Assembly: GCA_002633005.1 (NCBI GenBank)
Contig: NMRA01000223.1
Span: forward strand, 531,664-595,663
Length of the DNA: 64,000 nt
DNA from: Phoronis australis
Taxonomy: Eukaryota > Animalia > Phoronida
Direction: 5' to 3'
A program made the position numbers and the translations under genes. Of the stretch, positions 37,201 through 49,927 are shown in pieces. The stretch's first letter is position 1, and every line of letters starts with the position of its first letter. Below the pieces are notes generated by a model. It was not told where the DNA came from, ran no database searches, and saw only the letters and a list, made by a program, of their open reading frames with translations.

Positions 37201-38981
37201 AGGATATCAAAGCAGTAGGTGTATACGGCGATTGCCAAGTACATCATTCTGTAAATGAAAATCTGTTGTGAAGACTGAAGTCATTGTTAGCCCACGTGAC
37301 TGAAAAGCCAGCAACACTAGCACAACAAACAGTCGTCATTCGGTTGGTTGGTTGGTTCTTGCCTTTGAAACACGAACTGTCGTGACTTTTCTTTGCAACA
37401 ATTGGAGTTTGTAGGGTTGTAGAAACCATTACATAGAATTGTCGTGAGGACTTGACAGGGACCTCAGGGGTCTCGCGCTCTACTGGTTTCTATACACACT
37501 ACTAGAGTTTGAAAAGGCTTAGCCCAGTCACACAGGTTGTATCATAAAAGAAATAATGATAAATCCAGCTGACCCTGCAAGTAGAACTACTCATATATCA
37601 CGTTTATCACATTGGTGTAGACTCACAGTTGAAGTGTGGTTTTCTGTTGAGCCCAGACCGTCAGAAGTTGCACCATACACCAACTCCGGACGGTCTCTCA
37701 CGGCGATGCTGTCGCAACCCTCAAATTGCTAGTGTTAGTGTAAAAGAAACTTTTGTGCGGTCACAAAAGCTACAACAGCTAAATGGGATGCAGTTTGTAC
37801 ATCTACCGCGGGTACCAGTCTAAGAAATCTTTGACTGACAGACAAACCGTTAAAAGTACGGTTTACCTCAAGTTACTTAATCTGTCGCTCTTTTAAGAAT
37901 ATCTTGAACAGGCAGACAATGAAAATGCGCTTTCATTACAAGCGTCAGAGTATTTTTCGCTGTGTTTCCAAGAGATTGTAAAATTTCCTGTTCAGTGTAG
38001 TCTAGAATAACGAAAATGTGTATCTTCTGCTCTGTTCACTTTCAAAAAATGATGTCGTGTTGAAAGCCCATCATTTGACAGTACGTTTTAATGAAACTGT
38101 TTCCCACAAAAGCTCATTTTGTACTGATTCAAACGAAAATGAAGCCCATAGAGTATGCGTGACTTGTCTGCGAGCAGTGTAACAACAACTGCATGGTTTT
38201 TGGTCAGAGATGTTAAAACCAACATTTTGAGAATCTGAATTAAGGGCCGAGTGAACGGACACAACAGGAAGGACGATTGACTTCAGATTTGAGAATTTTT
38301 ATGTTTTCTACAACAATTCCATGAACCGGTTTCAACATATACAAAATTGATAATTTATATCATCATCTGCCAAGCATAGATAAATGTTGGCTGTTTGATA
38401 TCACATTCACACAAGGTACGACAGGTACGCTGTCAACTGAATCAGCTTGTAAGTACAGGCGTTCTTCTCAGATAGTTCTAAAAACAACGAAGCATCCAAA
38501 AGCTCCTTCAGGTGACTACCTTTGTCACAGCGCCACCTGCAGAACAGCTCTCTGAGTGGTCACTCATCGGGAAAGAACATCTTGTGCTAGACCAGGTCAC
38601 CACTGTGACAACGCACCGAGCGGGCTGACTAATTACTCACTTCTCTGAAACACCCCACCTTTGATACACCATCTTTGGATATTATGCATTATAGTTCATG
38701 TTTTTGTGTGAATCCGTATTGATTTTCCAATGCAGCGAATTAATGGCCTCATATACACCATGCACCGATTGGAGTTCACGAACTGTTTCAACCAGAAAAT
38801 TCACCGCCGTTTAGTTGATTTACTCGATTCTAAAATCTGCGATTTAGGCCACACCCAATTTGGGCTGCGTGAGTCTTAAAATTCAGAAACGAGGTGTTTT
38901 TTCTAAGAAATTATTCGTTGTTCTACAACGAATCTATCAATAACTGATACATGAAATTTTTGTTACAAAAGCAACTGCCCT

Positions 38982-39114
38982 CAGTGGTGGATTTAATGGG
39001 GGACCAAGCCCCCCTAAAGTTCTCCCATGTTCCGGGGTGCGACTATCTGAAGGGCAATATCCTGGCTAATATTTGCTATGGCCTACCTTACTTAAAACTC
39101 TGGATCCGCCCCTG
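38982..39114. mobile_element. MITE of the CAG-ended, 5-bp-TSD family
   Basis: CAGTGGTGGATTTA...TGGATCCGCCCCTG; flanks gccct / gcact. Confidence 0.8.
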
Positions 39115-42100
39115 GCACTGTACGAACTGAATGTTACGTATCTCGTGACTGAACTAAATCTCGCCAGAACTTGCAAGTCATCCAGCTTTGCGCCGCGTCA
39201 TGCATAGGAGTTCAATTCAAGATTTACGTTATGGGCAAAAAGGATGAGGATATTTTGGCCTCTTCAGTCACACGGTGATCTTGTGGGAAAACATAGAACC
39301 GGTAAAAGAGGTACATAGGAGTAAACGAAGGAAGTGGCAAATTTGGGAAGCGGGGGTGACAGAACAGTGTAATTGCCTCGGGTTGGTTTTTATGACCACC
39401 GGGCGGCACTGTCTCAGGTAAACTACAAAGAATCATGACCGTTTTTCATGATACCAAGATACTAATTGTGCTAGTTGGACTGGAGTAATGAAATTACTCC
39501 CAAGTGTGCATCAGCGATTCTGTGGCGGAGGCGGCGATTGGCAGTTTCTGTAATGTACGCTAACGTTAGTTGTGGAATGAGAATCCCGTTATTCCACTGA
39601 AGGCGGTCTTGTAGCTCATGACCTGAGAACTGCTGCCGTGAATAATTCTCTTACAAGAAAAACACGCATTTCTCAAGATATGCGGGAATTTTCACCGCTG
39701 CTCGTTCAACCTCCTTCTGGATCAAAGAGAGCGCGGAGCCCGAGTCGGAACCGATGGTGATGACCACATTGTCCAGTACGAACAAGACCCAATTAAGTGT
39801 AATTACCCGGCCATCAACATCTCTTCCCTGGGAAGCAAAAATCATAAACCAATAATTTTAATTAAAAATGAACATTACAGCGATATTCAGCGGGAAAAAA
39901 TCAACACAGTTGTTGTTTTCGATTTTTAATACCAATGAACTAATAAACTACAAGCTACAAACATTGCTAACGTAGTGAAGATAACAACCGTGCATACGTA
40001 TTGTGATATACTCGATCAAACGCTGATCATAATTAACAATACTACATGGTTTATTCTTTTATACAACTAAACTACATTACGACCAATAGAAACAAGAATC
40101 GGCGACCCAAATTAGGTGTCAATAGCTTTTAGACAACTTTTATCGGTACTATCCGAGGACTTGAGCGCTAACTGGAAACTATGATATTGGGTAATCAGCT
40201 GCCCCTCGGCGAAACACAAACTGGCTAGCTTCAAAGTGAGTGAGAAAAGTCAAGCAATGAGATGAGATGGGTCGGTGGGCGACAGCTGAAACCAAACGTT
40301 TCATTCACAATCAAACTCGGACCCCGTTTTGTTTAAAAATAACACTAAAAGATAGAAACCCGCCAGGAAACAAAACAATTAAAGTACACTGGAGAATTAA
40401 AAATCAAATCGGACAAAAACAGTATAAACGTATTACCTGAAGATGAACTCAAGTAACCGATGTAGCTTTTATGTAATATTTAAAAAGTCATCAAATCCAT
40501 ACGTTCGATATTTCAGGATGAAACTCTGCAAAACCACTTATTTCGGTGTAAAAACACCGCCACTGTTGCGAAGTAGTGCTTGCTATCACCATTCCACTTA
40601 ATTAGCTTAAACGCAAAGGTCGAGCCGAATGCATTATAAAAGTTGCCTGAGGCAGAGGGAATCTCAGCGGAGGCCAGTGCCACTTGGCGGTCACGATGAG
40701 TTGTTCCCTGCTAAAAGCTCCACTGATAGGGGGAGGCTAGGCAGCTACTTCACCGAGGCGCCATACTTTACCGCGACAAGTTTAAGGATAACAAATTGAC
40801 CCGCGAATAATTGATTAAATTGCCCAAAATATTAAATGTGTCGGATACCCACTCGCCCGCATTATTATTTGCCATCGACATATTGTACAAGAACCCATTT
40901 CTCTCACACCTTGAGATGCTGGTGCCCAGCTTGTTAATTAAATGATTAAAACGTAGCAGTTGAAATAACGCGTTTTGAAGTCCGCACAACAGGTTTGATC
41001 ACCGGTGCATTGGTTTACAATCCATCCGGTCTCGAAGTCCGACCACTTTTGGATTCCCCCATTCTACAATGAAAAGATTCTGACCGGAGGCAAGAGCGCG
41101 CCCTGCCAGACAGGTTTGTGTCTTCTGTTTCCCAGTATACACATCGGCTAGGTCACTAGTATAAAGAGTTACGCATATTTGCTGATGACGTACACGGTTC
41201 TATTGTATTGCACCCCTGTATTATAGGTCCCAATATCAACTGAGGCTCCTGCGTTCACTGGCTACCGACACAGCCGTCCTCGCACAACGCAGATCAGGAC
41301 GCAAGGTCCTCGTGCGTATGGTTTTACTGCTGACCAGATGTCGAATCCAGGTCCACGCAAGATGGACGAAGACGATGCGGAAACTGAGGTGAGCTCTTAC
41401 CTATGTGAATGACTAATCAACCCAACGCTCAGGTTGCGTGACATGTACAGGCAACTCTTGGGTCTACACTGTATGTCATTGTCAATGGTGTGCCGTGTTG
41501 GCGGACTGTCTTGATTTCTGCTAGGGCTGTAAAGTTGAGAAGCCTGCTGGGATACCTATGTTATTCCAATGCTCTACAAATTCTCAAAAAAACGCACGAG
41601 CATGAGAATGCAGGCAAGTTTATGAGTGGCTACACGAGCCGATCAACCCGATTTGCACGACACGGACTATCGGGCGAGTTATGCCTAATGTCATGCTAAA
41701 ATAGTTATACGCGGATGTGCATCACTATATCGTGTCATGTAGGATGATTATTTTCACAATTATTTCCTAAATACCTGTTACACGAAAGCGCCATATGTTA
41801 CAACTTGACCGAAATTCAGGTCACTTTTTGTTGACTATATGCCTGCCATTGAATAGACCATTGTACCAGTCCCCGTTACTCCTTCCTTCAGGTGTTGGGT
41901 GTTTTACAATGCCGTGGCGAATCCTGAAATACCTTCCTTAGCAGTCGGCAGAGACTGTTTTGCTTTTCCAATCTATTCAATGCCGACTAAGTTCCCGCAG
42001 TTGTAGGAACAACAATAAATTATAACCTCCTCAACAACATACAAAGTAATTCAGATACGTGTTTTATTGAAATCTTGGTTGAAGTCTTGCATTGACATGG

Positions 42101-42593
42101 ATTGACGCCTGACAAGTGTTTAAAAAGATCTCATGTTTTTCTTATCAATCCTTTCCCAGAATCATATGTCAACAATTAAACCAAGAAGTTGCTCTTGCCT
42201 CTCAAAAACGGTATCATTTGTGTATGATCTTCACCAATAGCAAAAAAAAAATCCAATCAAAGTGACACTTTCTATTTCACTTTGTGCGACAAGCAATTTT
42301 GCAGACGTTATCCCATTCAAGTATATAGATCCGCTCACTAGCGTGGACTAACACGAACTACATTTTTGGTGCGTTGCGCTTCCTCCATCTTGCCTTTCAT
42401 TTTCCCAGTGGCACGATTTACTTTTGTATATTGTTTCGTAAACACGATTTCTAATATTTTCCCAGAGATTGTTTTGTGAGCAGGTTAAGTTGCACATTTT
42501 TGCTCCACTGCGCTACCACAATAAATTATCATGTGCGCGGCGTTTCGTCAAGCTTGACCGAGTCGGACCAGTGTGTAATCACGATTTTCGTGG

Positions 42594-42667
42594 CAGCGAC
42601 CTGTCTTCATGGCGTCCATTCTTACTGTATCAGCGACCTGTCTTCATGGCGTCCATTCTTACTGTAT
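42594..42667. repeat. Exact 37-bp tandem duplication
   Basis: CAGCGACCTGTCTTCATGGCGTCCATTCTTACTGTAT x2. Confidence 0.95.
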
Positions 42668-44220
42668 CACAACTCGCTCGGCGTAGTGCATTCATATTTT
42701 AACTCAGCTTAATGGTCTTCGTATAGCTTTAACTTTGAGCAAGTTACCGCGTCAAATTCTTCAAGCAAGACTTCAGCATTTAAAGGCCTACTATTGTGCC
42801 AAAATGACTGTTTTTATATCTGAAATACGTGTATTGATGGAAAACATCAACATACGGTGTCATAGTACACCCCAGTCGTTAATTAAGTAGGCCTTTGACA
42901 ATACAGTAGCCCCATCGTGAACTCCTTTTAGCGCCAAAAAATTGTGATGGCTCTTNAGATGTTTGTCGCACCAATCGAAGCCTTATGACAGTCTACACAA
43001 CGAATTCTGCTTTCACCGTGTCTCCATCGCACAGGAATCGGCAATGGCTGGTGGTTTAATTTAGTGCAAAATACGTGGAAAATCAAACATATTGATAAGT
43101 CATTTCATGTCAATCAGTATTCAAATTGATCAAAATCATTAACTTTAAAACTTTTTATTCAATTAATTAGCACACATTATAATGCAGGAATCCCCTGGCG
43201 ACTGGGGTCGCCTGAACAGTCGGAAAAAACAAACGCTTCGTCCGAGCTGTTATCAGGCAATTTTACAATGTTTTCATAAAGTGTAGTTTCTTGATACAAA
43301 AAATTTGGATGTTAGGAACGTTGCATTTATGTCTCTTAGAACTAGAAGCCGAAGGTGTGAACGATTCGGATACGGGCCGCTGTCGGGTGTGCGTCCCGTA
43401 TTGGAATCGGCGACAATTGGCCGTTTAATTTGGTGCAAAATACGTGGAAACGTTACAACATATATTAAGCTCGATATTTTCGTAAAAAAACAACCATATT
43501 CAAATTCATCGAAAATTTATATTAGAAACTAAATTTTCAAAATAATTCGCCTTGAAATCCTGCAACCCGTAGTCGCCGCCATTTTGAATATAGACTCTGT
43601 CAACCTTGCACAAAGATTGCAAAATTAATAGCAACACAACGTTGTGAGTATCTGTAATATGTAACAATGAAACGAAGACTCGATTGCATGGAAACATACC
43701 GAATCATAAAGATTTGTGTTCAATTGAACGTTTTAAAAACTTTGAATATTATTCATTTATTTCAAATAATAAGATATCTCAGCTGAGAGTTGTTGATTTT
43801 GCGTCGAATTTTTGTTATTATGGCGTTAAATAATAGATCGCGACATCAAATTTCACAATGACGTCATACAAAGCTAAGCAATTTGGCAAATCCAAGCGCC
43901 GTGCATTAGATGTGAAACACTGAGTTGTGATTCGCTGATTGCTATCCAATCCCGTTTTGGTATTTTTTGCATGTAGGGGAATTTTCTGAGTATTGTATGT
44001 CATCCTGGCATCCATTCTCTGAATAACGTTTGACAATGATGGATTTTTTACCGCCGAAACATTTCGCTACATTTTAGAAAAGTCGTTGTCTTTATTCAAA
44101 CCTTACTCGTGTTCGTCACTGCGAGATTTTTTATTAAAGAAGAAACTTCTCGCCTTAGATTGTTCACTTCAGTATTGCCAACAACATAACATAATGGCCA
44201 CTGTGAAACACCGACTTAAG

Positions 44221-44330
44221 GGTAATGGTCTGACATAACGTGCCCGAATTTTGAGAACCAGTTTTCTCCACTGAAAAACGGGCATCAAACTGGTTCTCAA
44301 AATGCGGGCACGTTATATCACGTTATTGCC
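44221..44330. mobile_element. Hairpin MITE (Merlin-like), second copy with perfect 8-bp TSD
   Basis: GGTAAT...ATTGCC termini and a long internal inverted repeat, flanked on both sides by GACTTAAG (44213-44220, 44331-44338). Confidence 0.8.
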
Positions 44331-46173
44331 GACTTAAGAATATGGGTATACTAGGAAATATAGTCAAAGACGTTAAACGTGGACATGACATCGTGCTTCA
44401 TAATTAATTCATTTTCAAATCATATCTTTTATTAATTCAATTAGAGGTGGATTTTCAGCAACCCATGTAGATTTCAGTTTTGCCAAAAGTGGCCTTTGCT
44501 TCGGCGGCTGTCAAGGAAAATTATTTCGGTGACATTTGCCTTTTTGTAAATGCTGTGTCACTGAAAAGGTTTATCTAAAAAGCTACTTCTCCAGAATATG
44601 TTTTAAATAATACCTCCAATACAGATTTTTTTTTTTTAAGTTTCACCCCCTCTCTCTGCACATATAATCCTTTTATATGTAGGAATTTGTCCCCTAACAC
44701 AATAATTAGTCCGAGTGCAGGTTTGGTCTTTTGAACAATGGACTATTTGACGATATATTCCCCCAGATCCTTTACCCAGACAGTGGGAGTACCCCACTAA
44801 TGTCTCCACCCTGTAAAGTGAATGTTCTTGAGTCAACGAGTCGAGAATATATCCTTATTCAGCTATAATAGATAACATGTAGTGATTCCTTCGTTTAATT
44901 AACCTAAGATAAAACTCGGTACAAAGTTTTTCCAGGTGTTCAGTTTCCCAAGAGTGCATGTGCATCTCAAGCGCATATTCTCAGGTACGCGCTCAATGAG
45001 ATCTCACCAATGTTGACTCCAATGTAAGTCAGTTCTCTCGTCATTTCAAATAAATTACACGTTACGAGCTCGGTACACTTGTCACAATAGATTCGATACG
45101 CTTCGCCGAGGCGTCTACTGAACCATGGACGGACAACTAAAAAAGAAGGTCGAGACACATTTTCAACGATTCATATATTCGCACTGAGGAGATGAATTAG
45201 CTATAACAACACTAGAAGCCACAGGATTGTGTAAAAGGACACCAAACCCGGTTTTTGACTAGTATTAACTGATATTGAAAACGACTTTACCATCCAGTTG
45301 TCGGAAACAAAATAAGGCTTTGTAACCCTCAAAAGTTTTGAGCCAAATTTAAAAACTTTAAAATTTGCTAAAAGGGCAAGAGTGACCTACCCTTTACATG
45401 AACTGTAGGAAAAGGCTATCCATACTATAAAATTTGTGACTCTAGAAAGCATAAATTTTTACTTGAATCCTGTTTTTATCACTTATGTGGGACGCCAGTG
45501 ATGCATTAGCACGTGACTGAACCAGAATTGATGGAAATCACCAAAACAGGGCTTTGTATCCTTTTAATGTAAAAAAACGTCGCAGGATATTTTCACAGTT
45601 GAACGAATGTTTGTGCAAACTGCTCTCAGCCGCGGCGTTAGGCAAGCGGTCTTGCATGCGTTGGCGGTGCACTAACCGCTGCCGCTCAAACCACCGATTT
45701 TTTTCTAAAACCGAGTCCGGCGGGGACCTACATGTACATGTGCATTACGTAATCACTCTTGTTGCGCCTATAGAACGTCTGGTCTACATTAAGGTGCACA
45801 GTTGCTGAATCAAGATTACGTATTCTTAATGCAAAGTCTATCACCAACGGTAGATGTACCTGTGAACAATAACACCCGTTTCCGTGACACTGAAAAGCTC
45901 TTTCGCATTCCTGCTACGCCTACATTTGCAGTGATCTACTCACAACAGTGAAAAGTTTACACACTAGTCACTGTCGCGTCACGGCTTCCGCTGAGCTTAT
46001 TTGAATAGCAATGACAGCAGTTAAAGGGCAATAAACTCAAACGTTCTGTTTAACACAACTTTTGATTTAGACTGACTCCATCTCCTTCCGTATTCACGTT
46101 ACAAATGATTTTTAGACTTGAGAAGGATAGATGGTTATTACAACAGAGCAGGACCATTGCAGTGCTTGTCAGG

Positions 46174-46213
46174 GTGGGTTAACGTGGGTTAACGTGGGTT
46201 AACGTGGGTTAAC
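46174..46213. repeat. 10-bp minisatellite
   Basis: (GTGGGTTAAC)x4. Confidence 0.95.
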
Positions 46214-49200
46214 GGTTTTAGATGGCACCGGGGAAATTCCACGCGTTTTAAAGAGCGAGAGTGCTATGACGTTGCATTGGAAGAGCAAATAGTACGCCTC
46301 TCAGTAAAGAAGGTTAATGTTTTTATCACCAGAACAGGATTTATAGACTAAACTAAAATATAAACAATCGTTATAAACTATAAATATTTTTCAAACAAAG
46401 TACAAATAATTTTCATAGAATGTAACTATTTTTAAAAAATACATTTTATATATTTATTGAATGTTGAAACAAATTCCGCGCCAGAGCATGGCTGACGCCG
46501 AGTTTTTATGCGACTACGACTACTGCTACCACCCCTTGTGTCAGTGTTGCTGTTTACTTGTACACTGGTTTTGTTTTGCCTTTGCCTCAGTACATGCCAA
46601 GTTTGATATGCGATGATCACTTCACAGAACAGATTTTTTTTCAGAACAGAACAGCACTTGTACATTTTGGACTGCTCCGTCTTGTAGTCATCTCCGTAGT
46701 AAGGTGTAATCACATTAGTTGAGAATTCAGTTGTAATATCCGCCCATCATCGGCCAAACCCTTTGAAGCATCATGCCTCGCGGCCAACAGATGTCGCTTA
46801 AGGTGATATTAGTTTCATTTGCGCGAATGTCAATATCTAACAGGATCGCATTTGTCAATTTTCTGATGACTATCATTGCACCCCGTAGGCGCATTTTTCA
46901 AATAATGTGTACTCTGAATGGAAATGCTCGAAAAAAGAGAACGGGGTTTTATATCTGTGCCATTTGCGATGCACACGATAAGAGCATATCTTATGTACAC
47001 CCTGTGTTGCTCTATTTTCCCCGATGACCATAATTTGTGATATAGCGTAACATCTGTATATATTCCATCGGTATTGTACACGCGTTTGTGCGGTATTCGA
47101 ATAACGTCAGCAGAGGCCATCTAGTGTCAGACATCCGAACTAAGAAAACGAATCACTCATCAGTACATTACTGTGTCTGTATGTCTCAAGTGGTGAAGGC
47201 GGACTTGAAGGTGACATGAAGGTATTCATCTTTGCAGATTCTTTGGCAAAATTTTATTAAATTTCTGTTGTCACGCTTTCGCTTGAGGTATGATTTTTTC
47301 TGACAGCGTTCCATAGACGATTCTGAGACCACTGTTGTGAATTCATGTTGGCCTTCATAACCAACGCCGTAAAACCAAATTTCTAATAAGGTCCTTGGCT
47401 AGTTTCATTGGAATATCCGGCTCTAGCTTCAAACCTGTCTCGCACATATGAACCTTTCTGCATATAAAAGGGGCATTCAGGTGTTAAATGAGAATCCGGA
47501 CATATAGCAGTTTCGTATAAATGATGGCACGTTATCTAACGCAGGTTAAAGTAATGGCTCGATTTTGCGATTCCTATGTTTACAAAGTAATATTAATAAG
47601 TGCTCTTGCAAATACAATAATTCATGGTGAATACTGAAACCAAACATCCGTCTTCTATTGCCCCTTTCAGCCAATTAGCTAGCCAATGTTAATATTGAAT
47701 TTTGCCTTCTGCTCGAAATTAACATCCCTAGGGGTGGAAGAAGACATCATGGTACGGGCGCGGTGATCTGTAGTCAGAGAAACAATTAGTAGCGTACGTG
47801 TCGTCGAAGCAATTAATTAGTAGTGCATCGGTTGACAAGAACAGATGTTCTAAATATATGAGTGATCGTAAGCTATTAACGGTTGACACTGAGAAAAAAC
47901 AGCAGAAGTCATGAAATGTTTAGTCAGGGAAAAGAAAGCATTGTTGGTTCTGGGTTCTACCGCAACTTATTTTCAAACATGCAGTCACTGACTTAAAAGA
48001 GACTCCCGATCTCATTTAAGTCAGTTAAGGTCTCATCATGATTTGAAAAGCGATGAGTAGAAAGAGCAGATCTCGCATTATTTTTGGTCGCCTCAGTTGA
48101 ATTTACGTGTCTGTTTCAAAGGTGAACATCACTGATTCGATTTTCAAAAAAAATGATAAATAAATAAGAACAGAAAAAACAGAGTATTAGATATCCATCG
48201 ATTTTTATTAGTTCAATAGCGAATGATTTATTACACAATTATCTTGACATATAACAAAGCCTTCATAGTCGTTGAAAGCACTACCAGTATCCCCTCGAAA
48301 CTTTAATTGTACAACAGGTACTCGCTATTTTTATGCCCGGCTTTATAGTTTGATTACCACAGCTTTTCCATTCAATGTCAACCGTGTGTATAATTTCAGT
48401 CTAGGTTCTATTCTGAAATTGTTTTAGTTCACTCCAAGATGTTTAATGCTGCTATGTACATGTAAGAGTTCTCATTCAACCCTTTACATCCGCCTCCATC
48501 AGCCAGTGAGACCTAAGTCATGCTAACCTGGTGGGAGGATTATGTTGCTCACTTATATTGAAGTCATAGTAAAATTACGAGATCTATGTTCAGCTGGCAC
48601 GCAATAAACTTGTTTTTGTGGAATTTTGATTTTGCAGTCTTTAACAAACCGTAACGAGGCTCTGTGTCCAAGTTGTAAGGAATTAGGAAGGTCGCAGCGT
48701 CGTATAATACGCTTTGTGATATTTGAAAATACTTCAATTTGTGATGTAAACAAATGACTATCTACATGTATGATACCGTGGCCTGTTGTCGTCCCTGCAC
48801 ACGCCCCTGCAAACAATGTAAACTTTTGTAAGGCTTAGGCCATGGGCCATGGCTATAGTCCTTTCATCATATAACCATGTCAGCGGGGCAACTTCATTTT
48901 TCTGTGTGGATAACCGTATCCTTAAGCTTTTGATACTTAAAGAGTCCCTGCATTTTTAATTTTAACATTTGCTGTAAAAAGGACACGTTTTACCCCTCCT
49001 GATATAATGTTATCATGCAAAAGGTGGCGCCGTATGCTGCTTCTTCAGGCAACCGCAAACTCAAAAATTGAAAGGGTGCCGAACTATCTCAATATGACTA
49101 CCTCTACATTTGTTGCTGTGGATGTCTACTACATAGTGCACACGTTTCAAACAGTGAATTCATTTCTTCACTTTCGTTATTTATTGCAAATAACGTGAAC

Positions 49201-49927
49201 TGAAATCAATGATTGTTTGTAGAATGTCTTTTTTTAGAAGAAAAAAGAGAGAGCATGATGTGCGTCATTAGTAGTGTAATTACATGTTCATGACGTCAGT
49301 GTCACATGACATGTGATACATGTAAAAGCAGGGTAAGCAAAGCGAAATCGCAGTAATTTTAGCAACTGCTTCAGTGGGAAATATTTAACGTTCATCTTAC
49401 TAACGATATCCATTACAAAGCCATGCAAACATCATTGAATATTTTTAAAATTCATAGCTAAATGTGTTTTGATCGTGTGAGAAGGGGGGGGGGGGGGNTC
49501 TAAAGAAAAAAAGCGAATTCAATTTTGTAATTGTTGTGGATAGTAAGCCGAAGATTGAGAGGCATGAGCTGACCCGGTGGGTTCCTGACACCGACAGAGA
49601 CCGCTATCACTCCAACACCACAGGATGACCTCCCTCCCACTGTCATCTCAGTGGTATTAACGAGTGTCATCTTTATTTATTACTGTCACAACGTTAAGGT
49701 GAACTTGCCTAGCTATTACATGTGACTAATGTCCAACACTAATACATTGTCGAATCTTATTGTTCTCTTGCTTAGAGTTAGTTGGCCAAATGCAATAGTC
49801 CGATTTATTACTGTAATAACTCCCAAATTGTTATTATGTTAATTATTTATCCAATCAAAATGCACGAATAATTGCAATAATGATCCTTGTGTTCCCAAAA
49901 CGAATTTTATTCAGAAGTTCACAAATT

